Positions 1 through 8,627 of a stretch of DNA of 16,569 nt are shown here, one piece after another (position 1 is the stretch's first letter; each line of letters opens with the position of its first letter). A program made the position numbers and the translations under genes. Source of the stretch: an uncultured Nitrososphaeraceae archaeon (GTDB lineage Archaea; Thermoproteota; Nitrososphaeria; Nitrososphaerales; Nitrososphaeraceae); NCBI GenBank assembly GCA_963765895.1, contig CAVXZB010000034.1:1-16569 (forward strand), in the 5' to 3' direction. The notes beneath the pieces were generated by a model that saw only the letters and a list, made by a program, of their open reading frames with translations, was not told the origin of the DNA and did no database searches.

Positions 1-1
1 C

Positions 2-497
2 TTAATCCTTAAAAAATACTTCACTTGTCAGCGATATTTCTGCTGTTATTGGGCCCACTTCACTCCTGTCCTCTTGAGCCAACTTAATGGCTATAATTGC
101 CAGCTCGGATACCTCTTTTATATCCTTTTTTGTCTGTTCAACAAAATCCCGTATATCGTTAATTAGCATTTTACGTGCCTCTTCAATACCTTTTTTTTCT
201 TAAGCGACTCTATTCTAGACTCGAAGTCCAGGAATTCCTCGATTTGTTCGAAAAATTGCTTCCCTAATCCAAATCCTGAAATATATCCACGGACCTCGTC
301 GGCCCTTCGAATTTCTACGCTCAACTCCCTAAGTGCAGCAGCTGTTGGGTCTCCTACCTCCTCAGTCCACTTTGCAATAATATTAGTTACAGTACCTGCG
401 CCTACACCAATCTCTCAGGCGATTTTATCCCTGGCCCATCCCTAAGCCATTTCATCACAACCTCCTGTCTTGTTTCCTCAGCTATTGGAATTCTCAA
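2..497 (-). pseudogene. Degraded N-terminal HTH / coiled-coil protein of a Nitrososphaera-type hypothetical family
   Basis: Manual translation from TTG at 497 gives MRIPIAEETRQEVVMKWLR, then after a frameshift WARDKIA*EIGVGAGTVTNIIAKW...ALRELSVEIRRA (HTH-like, in-frame TGA at 415-417). Further shifted segments DEVRGYISGFGLGKQFFEQIEEF and GIEEARKMLINDIRDF...FFKD* end at TAA 2-4. Confidence 0.6.
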
Positions 498-520
498 GAG
501 CGGTCCTCGTCGTTATAGCG

Positions 521-575
521 AATATAAATATACCGTCACTTTCGTCGGCATATTCGACGTCAGTTTCGTCACTTT
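521..575 (-). promoter_or_regulatory. Putative archaeal TATA box with three upstream AAA(G/C)TGACG direct repeats
   Basis: Minus-strand TATTTATA lies ~25 nt before the TTG at 497. Plus-strand repeats: cgtcacttt 534-542, cgtcagttt 558-566, cgtcacttt 567-575. Confidence 0.45.
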
Positions 576-719
576 AGATTGTTCTTGACATAGGCTTAAA
601 AAAGAATTGAAACAAGGTGCTGATAAATGGTGTATGCATGCCACGTTCGTATTGATGAAAATGATATTAAAGGACTTTTGAGAAATTACTTCAATCTATT
701 ATTACTCGAGCTCTATAAT

Positions 720-1355
720 TCAAGTCATTCTTGCATATCTGCCTCTTTTCTCAATCGCTTGAACCGTACTTAAAATCCTGGCTGTCGTAAGACCATCTCC
801 AGTAATATCTTTGTAACCTACCAAAAAGCTAGAATAAAGGCGTTCATAGTCATTTGCGTAGGCACTAATGAAAATTTCCTTGATTAAACGCACATCGATA
901 GCTTTGTCTTCAAAACGCTGAGAATAATAAGATAGTCCGAAGTCGATTACGGTGAGTTTGCAATCCTTCTTATTAAAAATAAAGTTTGAAGTTGTAAGGT
1001 CTCCGTGAATAATATTTCGAGAATGCAGGCGGGCCGCATACCTTCCAATTTCTGCACTAATTCGGAGTCAACTATATCCTTCGCGTTCTCCCCTTCCACC
1101 CGTTCCATCACGATCTCTGCGTGTTTGGGATCAACAAAATAAATGAACGGAGTTGTTACATTCGCTAATTTTCGGAGCGGAAAGCATATTGGCCTCATGA
1201 ACTGTCCTTTTCTTGCGAATCTCGCTATCCAATGATACATTTCGATAGGGCTTGCGCTTTCTTATCTTTGAAATAGCCATCTCTCCAAACCATCTGACCA
1301 GAAAAATGTCAGCCTCCGCACCTCTTTTAATCAGCCTTATTTTGGTTTGGGGCAA
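720..1355 (-). pseudogene. bud32: KEOPS complex kinase/ATPase Bud32, frameshifted as sequenced
   Basis: Three segments join into ~211 aa: IKRGAEADIF...RTVHEANML; LANVTTPFIYFVD...IVMERVEG; EIGRYAARLHSRNIIHGDLTTSN...VIDFGLS...EDKAIDVRL...IEKRGRYARMT* (TGA 720-722). There is a +1 shift near the T-run at 1169-1172 and a -1 shift near 1055. The span is 636 nt, so the shifts net to zero. Confidence 0.9.
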
Positions 1356-1682
1356 TACTTTCCTGCATCAGAACCACATATCTATCATAATACATTTACT
1401 ATTCAGGTCATTTTATGAGTGTATTCTGCTATTTATCCCGAACCAATTTTTGGGGCGAATTATTTAGTTTTTAGCCAAGCCCACATTGATTTGATGCAAG
1501 ATTTGCGTGAATCCCACAGTGTATTAAGCTGAAGCTGAATATTTAATTACTCGATTTCATTACATCACACCAATTGCCAGCCAGAAATAGATTAGACATT
1601 TGCATTAATTTCGGATATTGTAGTATAAACATCGAATATATAATAGAAGCCGGCAGTAGCCTCAAAGGTCTGTGGAAATAGT

Positions 1683-2210
1683 GTGTATTCTAAGCAACAG
1701 ACTCGTGAAGACGTATTCACTATAGTAAAAAGGAAAATTGATAGTGCCGCCGGGAAAGCATGCGAAATTATCCTACCGATAAAACAGGAATGTTACTTTG
1801 GAAACGGATCCTCTATTGCCATTTGTACTTTTTCGAGTATGAATTTATTAGTAGAAATTGCGAAGACTTCTAACTTGATGAACAAAATATTAATTGTTGG
1901 CAGATTGCTATCCGAAAATAGGGGAATAGATAAGATAATAAAGTTCAGTATAAAAAATCCAAGTTTACATCATATTATAGTGTGTGGTACTGATGTAAAG
2001 GGGCATAGAGCTGGCCAGGCATTACTATCTCTGCATAAAAATGGGGTAAACGGACAGGGTAGAATTTTGGGGGCAACTGCCCATTATTCACTCCTGTCCT
2101 GTTCTCCCACGGAAATTCAATTATTCCGAAGCCAAACACTCGTATATGACATGATTGGGACTCAGGATCTAGACAAATTGGTCTCGCAGATTTCACGTTT
2201 ATCTCAATGA
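1683..2210 (+). CDS. mtrA: Stand-alone MtrA-like (tetrahydromethanopterin S-methyltransferase subunit A domain) corrinoid-binding protein without membrane anchor
   Basis: MtrA-type motifs: IAICT, GRLLSENRGIDKII...NPSL, IIVCGTDVKGHRAGQALLSLHKNGV..GRILGA, IQLFRSQ...DMIG. The putative cobalt-ligand His in KGH is retained. Confidence 0.85.
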   Translation: MYSKQQTREDVFTIVKRKIDSAAGKACEIILPIKQECYFGNGSSIAICTFSSMNLLVEIAKTSNLMNKILIVGRLLSENRGIDKIIKFSIKNPSLHHIIVCGTDVKGHRAGQALLSLHKNGVNGQGRILGATAHYSLLSCSPTEIQLFRSQTLVYDMIGTQDLDKLVSQISRLSQ

Positions 2211-2645
2211 CAGGAGGCAGAAAAACTGCTGAGCATATTATAATAAATCTCTTCATGAATTTAATTTATATACAAACTATCCCTACATTCTAGACATATC
2301 CACTTCCTTCGCATTGATATTAGACAGTCGTCATGTTATTCTGTAGGCATTTCGTCATAACACATGATCTAGTTTTGAGCAAATTTTTTGCTATACTTTT
2401 GTATTTGAAACCGAAAGTTTACATGTATTCACTAGAATCTCAGCTCAGTATGAACATGTACAGTTTGAATACATGGTAAATAAAAGAAGCAGATGAAATG
2501 CGGCTATTCCAAAATATCAAACAATCGACGAATCAAAGATGAAAAATAATATCTGCCCTGAAAATATTATTTGGAGAACATTTGACTTCTAGACTGACGC
2601 ACACAACACAGGGAATTATCATTTCAGACGCATACATACAATATG

Positions 2646-2653
2646 CATAGATT
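2646..2653 (+). repeat. Target-site duplication CATAGATT, left copy
   Basis: Identical to 3649-3656; each copy directly abuts a TIR. Confidence 0.85.
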
Positions 2654-3648
2654 TGGTCTGTTGCATGATTTAAGGGGATTTTCACTTATCGAATCGATGG
2701 TTATGTCATTTTATTGAACACGTTATACAGGGTTGTCTTTAGGAAGATCTCCTTTACCATGTTAGAAGACTTTCTAGCGGTTACATGTTCACCAAACATC
2801 CTTTTGATAGACAAGAATGCTGTTTCTACTATCAACCTGTACCCGTAGCTCACGCTACATTTCCATCTTTTGAGGTTTGCTTGTTGTTTTAGTATTGACA
2901 TATTCCTGGCATGACAATTAGTCGATCTAACCTTGGAATTACTTCTTGTCTTTATACCAGGTTTAATGTGGTTCTTTGATAGGTATCTAAAATTGTTATT
3001 GCTATCGTACATACCGTCTGCTAATATACCCTCTACAATATTACCTCTAGAAGAAGCATTATCTACTAACTTCTTTAGTATCCTGCCATCATGTACTTCT
3101 TCACTTGTTACCTCCAAAGATTCTTTTCCTCTTGATATCAACTGCCAGATGTATCTTTAGATATCCTTTTCTAACATGCCATTTGTGTCGTATCCATTCT
3201 CCACGATTAGCTACCTTAATTCCAGTACTGTCTAAAGCAATCATAATATCATTTCCTAATTTTTCATTGATTTTAATTTCCAGTTTGTTTATGCGTCTAC
3301 TAATAGTACTATACTCTGGTATGCCTGGAACTTTTTTACTCGCATGAGCTATGACTACACCTTCTGTTTGTCTATATGGTAGATGGATGGAAATATGCTC
3401 TCATGTAACCTAGTAGCCGCATAAATGAATCTGGGTAATTGTAAGGTTCACCAACCTTACCGTGGTTCGTTTGAGATAATTCATTATCCCATCCATCAAG
3501 TACGTCAAAATCTAAGAGTACTTGGCCACGTCGTACTAGTGATTGATTATAGGAAGGCCAATCAACCATAAATACTCATCACTAGAAAGCTAAATGAGAA
3601 TTGGTCAAATAAGTATCACTTATAACGTAAGAATCATGCAACAGAGTA
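2654..3648 (-). mobile_element. IS5-family insertion sequence (ISH1/IS903-like), 995 bp, with inactivated transposase
   Basis: 17-bp TIRs TGGTCTGTTGCATGATT (2654-2670) and AATCATGCAACAGAGTA (3632-3648) match 15/17. The element is flanked by the direct repeat CATAGATT and contains a DDE transposase. Confidence 0.92.
2701..3569 (-). pseudogene. IS5-family DDE transposase with two frameshifts
   Basis: Segments: MVDWPSYNQSLVRRGQVLLDFD...YFH / LPYRQTEG...ALDSTGIKVANRGEW...YLKIHLAVD / LEVTSEEVHDG...LADGMYDS...YGYRLIVETAF. A 4-bp tandem duplication lies at 3382-3390 (gatggatgg) and a short deletion near 3118. Confidence 0.9.
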
Positions 3649-3656
3649 CATAGATT
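3649..3656 (+). repeat. Target-site duplication CATAGATT, right copy
   Basis: Identical to 2646-2653. Confidence 0.85.
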
Positions 3657-3839
3657 GACTAATCTTATAATATTGAGGATATTTTCTATAAAGCCAGCGA
3701 GCGTTTTTGTTACTAATATGGCTAAATGTTTTATTATGCTTATATCGGTTAGTTCCGTGGTCAATCTTCTAGTTAATCTGAGCAAGCTATTGTAAAAATA
3801 CCTTTTAATGATGTATGATACAATACTATTCTAATTGAT

Positions 3840-4250
3840 CTACTCGTATTCATCTAATATATTGTTGAATCGTTTCATCATTTCTTCATTTTTCATAGGT
3901 TTGAGAATGAAATATTTTTCGTCTATTTCTCGATTATCTCTAAATTCCTCATAAAATAATTCACTAGCCGTCACAAAGCAGACTTTGACTTCTTTATCGA
4001 TCTCTTTCATTTTCTGGTATAATTCAAATCCGCCTATTTTAGGCATCTTAATATCCAAGAGTAAAAGATCAAATTTGCCAGGTCTAAAATCCTGTAATGC
4101 TAACACAGGATCGGTATAAGCATTGGTTTCGAAACCGTTCTCTTCTAAAAGGGTCCTCAGAGTCATATTGGCGTCAGGTTCATCATCAACTACAAGGATC
4201 ATGTTACTTCTTCTTCTCCTTCTCTTAGTATCCTTATCTTTGAAAGTCAT
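3840..4250 (-). CDS. Single-domain response regulator (CheY-like receiver)
   Basis: ILVVDDEPD, phospho-acceptor in LLLLDIKMP, FVTA, ILKP. No output domain; short Arg-rich N-terminal tail. Confidence 0.93.
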   Translation of the reverse strand: MTFKDKDTKRRRRRSNMILVVDDEPDANMTLRTLLEENGFETNAYTDPVLALQDFRPGKFDLLLLDIKMPKIGGFELYQKMKEIDKEVKVCFVTASELFYEEFRDNREIDEKYFILKPMKNEEMMKRFNNILDEYE

Positions 4251-4267
4251 AATGAATTTACCTAATG

Positions 4268-6169
4268 TTATTTTCGTTCTTGTTGCTGCTCAAGTAAAAA
4301 TTTTTGCAGCTGATCCTCCTGAAAAGAATTTTTTCCGATACTAGAAGCTGGGATCGTAAATGAGAACGCTGCACCTCCAGAACCAATAATATTATTTTTT
4401 GCCCATATTTTCCCGCCATGTGCCTCAACGATACTCTTCGAAATAAACAAACCTAGTCCTGTTCCTTGATATGATTTTGAGACAAACCTTACAAATAATT
4501 TAGAAAATACCTCGGGATCGATACCTTGTCCGTTATCCTCTACTGTCACGATAAGAGTTCTGTTACCATCTTTTTCAATTTCTTTACTTGTTTCTTTAGT
4601 TGTTCCGTTTCTGAATTTCGCCTGATCATTTACAATGTCCAATTTGATATTAATTCTTCCTTTATCATCTGTAAACTTGATCGCATTGCTTATAAGATTG
4701 GACAGCACCTGAGATATCCTAGATTTATCGGCATCAATAAAAGCGCATCTATCCTTGTTATTGCTTTTTAGCGATTCGTACAGTATCTCTCTCCTGATGC
4801 TGCTCGTATTCATATTCTTTATCTGATCTTTAAAATCTTGAACTATATTTACAATGACATCGTCTAAATCAAATCTTTCTTTTTTCAGCCTAAGAGCCTG
4901 GCTTTCTATCTTTGTTACATCTAGTATGTCTTCTGTAAGTCTACTTAGACGATTGGCATTCCTGATTACCGTGTCTAACATTTCTAAATATCGTTTCGTA
5001 TTTGATTTCGCAGCATCATCATTTGTAGATATATTACTATCCTTTATTATTTTGGAGTATAGGATCTCAGACAGACCAAGTATTGGCACGATCGGAGTTC
5101 GCAGCTCATGGGCTGCTACATTAATGAAATCCTTCCGCATTTTATCATTCAACTTTAATTGTTCATAGACTTTTACTTGATTCCATAAACTTTCAAATAT
5201 TGAAACATACGACAGGACAGTTGGATTGCTCGTGGAAAAAATAGCTAAGCCAATAGCTTCAACAAAATTTTCTTTAGAATCATCTCGCTTTTCAATTACC
5301 AAGCTTGATTTTCTATCGATTACTAGAATAGTTATAGTGGTAACTGCGCTTGCAGTAAATTCACTATAATCTATACATTGAATATCAAAATTACTGTATT
5401 TCCTTTTTCTTAACTGGTCAATTATAGTATCAAGAATATCGCTGGTAGGTACTATGACCCTTGCCTTTACGGAATTTCCTCTCGTTGTAGCCGCTTCGAT
5501 CATTTGGTCGATTATCCCAATGCGTTGTTCACGAAGAAATGCATTGGCTGTGGGACAGAACAATAAGACTTCCTTTTCGGCGGATTTTATCATATCTACG
5601 AATGTTTCTTTTGTAATTTGTGGATCTTGAAGTACTTCTGTTGTACCCACAACTATACCTTCTTCTATTTCGGCAATTTTTTCCTCAGCTGGAGTGGCCC
5701 TATGCCAGAAACTTTCAAATATATTTTGCTGTTGCTCTATTACTTCCTTCACATTACTGTAAATGAGTTGAGGAACCGCTTGTTTCTCTTTTATAGCTGC
5801 AGCAGCAAGATACTCCCTACCATCACAAATTCCAAAGTTGCCCATGATTCCGTCTAAATGTCGTAGCTCAGTTACAATATTCAAGAGCTCTTTACAGTAA
5901 TGTACGTTGATCGTATTAATGTCGACAACAAAACGTACCCTGACTCCTCTTGGTTTAAAGTCAACATATGCCTTCTTTAGCGGTTCAAAGCCCATGCAAA
6001 CGGACGGTGAGATAGAATCTCCACATGCATCAAATTTTTCCTTGACGTTATAAAAAACTTCCAAAGACTTGCTGGTGGCCTCTTCGCCATAAAAAACTCG
6101 CGTAACATCCATATCGACCTTTTTGTTCTCAGTATCCCGTTCTCCTGCAGCGGTGGTCAGTGGGGCCAT
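4268..6169 (-). CDS. Soluble sensor histidine kinase: two tandem PLD/TrmB-like sensor domains, HisKA and HATPase
   Basis: H-box FINVAAHELRTP (His codon 5108-5110), N-box QVLSNLISNAIKFT, G1 VEDNGQGI, G2 GTGLGLFI; no TM segment. The ORF is open to 6304. ATG 6169 is preferred because a TTTTTATA box lies at ~6203-6210 and it avoids overlap with the upstream gene; ATG 6199 is an alternative. Confidence 0.93.
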   Translation of the reverse strand: MAPLTTAAGERDTENKKVDMDVTRVFYGEEATSKSLEVFYNVKEKFDACGDSISPSVCMGFEPLKKAYVDFKPRGVRVRFVVDINTINVHYCKELLNIVTELRHLDGIMGNFGICDGREYLAAAAIKEKQAVPQLIYSNVKEVIEQQQNIFESFWHRATPAEEKIAEIEEGIVVGTTEVLQDPQITKETFVDMIKSAEKEVLLFCPTANAFLREQRIGIIDQMIEAATTRGNSVKARVIVPTSDILDTIIDQLRKRKYSNFDIQCIDYSEFTASAVTTITILVIDRKSSLVIEKRDDSKENFVEAIGLAIFSTSNPTVLSYVSIFESLWNQVKVYEQLKLNDKMRKDFINVAAHELRTPIVPILGLSEILYSKIIKDSNISTNDDAAKSNTKRYLEMLDTVIRNANRLSRLTEDILDVTKIESQALRLKKERFDLDDVIVNIVQDFKDQIKNMNTSSIRREILYESLKSNNKDRCAFIDADKSRISQVLSNLISNAIKFTDDKGRINIKLDIVNDQAKFRNGTTKETSKEIEKDGNRTLIVTVEDNGQGIDPEVFSKLFVRFVSKSYQGTGLGLFISKSIVEAHGGKIWAKNNIIGSGGAAFSFTIPASSIGKNSFQEDQLQKFLLEQQQERK

Positions 6170-6281
6170 TTTATGTATAGGAATTCCTACTCCATTCATT
6201 GTATAAAAATATTTGAATACTCTTTGTAAACATAAATGACAGTAACTTACGCTTGGTAATACTAAACCTTCGCTTTGCTTC

Positions 6282-6773
6282 TCAACATAATTCTGTTTCC
6301 ACAAGCCTTATCAGATTCTTTATCTTGATGGGTTTTTTTATGAAGCATCCCATGCTTCTTCCCGGATAAACGTCTCGAAGAGCAGATAGATTTATCTCAC
6401 CAGTAGACATGAAACAAATCCTGATATTGAGGTCTAGTTCCAAGATCTTTTTGGATAATTCAAATCCGTTCATAAATGGCATATTAATATCAACGAGAAG
6501 CAGATCATAATAATTTGATTTAAATTCAGATAACAGCAAAAGGGGATTATTATATGTATGGATTCGGTATTTCTCGTTGCTATTTTCTAAGGCTAATTTT
6601 AGAGTATAGAGAATATCCGGTTCGTCATCAATAATTAGAATTGTTTTGTATTCATGTTTTCCCAAATTTATGCGCTTAAATTCATTTTGTTTTTGCTTGT
6701 CAAAAATGGAGTCAACACTTTTTGAAATTTTAGAAGAATTTTTGTTGCGGCTCCAAGGCGTTATACCGGCCAT
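6282..6773 (-). CDS. Response regulator receiver protein with N-terminal basic extension
   Basis: ILIIDDEPD, LLLVDINMP, FMST, FIKKP. ATG 6773 chosen as start; the ORF is open to 6824. Confidence 0.9.
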   Translation of the reverse strand: MAGITPWSRNKNSSKISKSVDSIFDKQKQNEFKRINLGKHEYKTILIIDDEPDILYTLKLALENSNEKYRIHTYNNPLLLLSEFKSNYYDLLLVDINMPFMNGFELSKKILELDLNIRICFMSTGEINLSALRDVYPGRSMGCFIKKPIKIKNLIRLVETELC

Positions 6774-7780
6774 TCTAATGTAATCCTGTCCGCTTGTGCT
6801 GACTTGCCAAGTTGAATTAGACAATACCTTTATACGTCATAATAGTATATCGCAGCACCTGTATAATAATACAGTGTTAGCTTCTTATCCATTTAGTAAG
6901 TGGTCTGAATCTAAATGCTCCGATGCGAGAGGTTGTATAACCACATCTTGGCACCATAACTCACAAAATTACCCAATTAAGTAAATATATTGATTAGCAG
7001 CTAAGACTTTAATTTTGGAATACATCTGTTAGATATGATGATAAGAACGCGGTCCGCTATATAGCGACGCAGTCAGTTTACAGATCTGGTTAGACAGCGT
7101 TGATATTATGAGAGATAATAATAAATAACAATCATCTCAGAAGTGCCATTATATTCTACACAGACAGGTTAGTATAGTCCTAATGGATATACCTCTAACT
7201 GTACTTCTAATTATCTATTCGAAGGGTTAATTTGTCTGAAGGGACTTTCATATCAATTCCACATCGATTGTATGATCTACAACAAGTACAGATTTAAAAA
7301 ATAGATAATAATTTTCGGTCACCGTTGTGTTATTTCCGCAGACAATAGGCGCTGGAAAGCTAAAAGCATTATGGCAGACATAACAAAAATTAACGGTCAG
7401 CCTGTAATTTGAAGGATAATATTAAATGAAACTGCTTTGCCATTACACTGGATACGCGCAGGCCAATTTGTAATAATTTTAGAGGTGACGGCATCCACAA
7501 TTTCACCATTTTGCTAGAGATTCAGTCAATTTCATTCCAGGTGGAAACAAGTTAATAGAATTAAAGTAAATACTAGACGTGGATACATATAATTTAGTAG
7601 GCTATTAACGGCAACTTCCCTTATAACTGAAAGAACCAAAAACATAATTGGTTGACGATAGATACCGATCATCACGAAAATGTTAAGCAACTAACAATAA
7701 GCTGCCCAAAACTTTCCTATTTGCCTAGCGTCAGATCATGATTATCAAAGTATATACCCATGCCCTATGTTGGTCTGGAT

Positions 7781-8627
7781 ATGCAAGGTGAAAAAGTGGC
7801 TCTTGTAACGGGTAGTTCGAGCGGTATAGGATTTGAAACCTCACTCATGCTAGCGAGGGCCGGATTTAATACGTACGCTTCTATGCGTAACTTGGAGAAA
7901 TCAAAAAATATAACAGAAATTGCCAAAAAAGAAAAATTACCATTACAAGTTGTTCAGCTTGATGTCAACAATGACGGATCTGTCAAAGATGCAATAGTCA
8001 AGATAATAAAAGCAGATCAGAGAATCGACGTGCTAATAAACAATGCAGGATATGGACTTTTTGGATCGGTTGAGGATACATCAATAGAGGAAATAAAAGC
8101 ACAATTTGAAACGAACTTTTTTGGTGTAGTACGTGTAACACAACAAGTTCTACCTCTCATGAGGAGGCAGAATTCAGGCACAATAGTAAATGTGAGCTCA
8201 GTTGGAGGACGGATAGGTCTTCCAGCTTTATCCGCATACCACAGTACCGAAGTTTGCATTGGAAGGCTTAAGCGAATCTATCGCATTTGAACTTGAGCCA
8301 ATCGGAATTAGAGTAGTTATAATTGAACCCGGTGTCATCAGAACTAACATATTGAATTCCAGCAGTTCTGCAAAAAAAGCTTTAGACCCAAAATCCCCAT
8401 ATTTTTCGCTCAGTCAAAAGCTAAGTGACAACTTTAAGTCAATGATGGAAAGTGAATCAACATCTTCTCCGGAAGAGGTGGCTAAAGTTATACTACAAGC
8501 TGTAACATCCGAAAATCCGCAGCTAAGATATCCCGTAGGAGATGATGCAGCTAATTTAATACATGCAAGGGAAAACATGCCTGATAAAGAGTTTCGAAAA
8601 ATGATTATGAAAAACTTTTCGAAGTAG
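7781..8627 (+). pseudogene. Classical short-chain dehydrogenase/reductase (SDR), single +1 frameshift as sequenced
   Basis: TGSSSGIG Rossmann motif, NNAGYG, VSSVGG. Removing one base at ~8249 restores catalytic YHSTK-FALEGLSE and continues through IEPGVIRT to TAG at 8627. Confidence 0.92.

Noticed and set aside
1252-1467. 71-aa plus-strand ORF
   Set aside because: Antisense shadow of the bud32 5' end; no recognisable motif.
1683-2210. Methanogenesis inferred from mtrA
   Set aside because: No other mtr or mcr genes in the window, no membrane anchor, and the surrounding genes point to Nitrososphaerales.
1975-2256. 93-aa minus-strand ORF
   Set aside because: Antisense to the well-supported MtrA-like gene.
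2422-2475. 10-bp inverted repeat catgtattca...tgaatacatg
   Set aside because: Single AT-rich IR with a 34-nt spacer and no TSD or second copy; could be chance.
2933-3347. Two plus-strand ORFs (75 and 80 aa)
   Set aside because: Antisense shadows of the IS5 transposase.
3582-3785. 67-aa minus-strand ORF
   Set aside because: Crosses the IS boundary at 3648, so it is chimeric or spurious.
4123-5857. Four plus-strand ORFs
   Set aside because: Antisense shadows of the receiver and kinase genes.
6796-7750. 62-aa ORF and stop-interrupted minus-strand frames
   Set aside because: No recognisable family; cannot be supported without a search.
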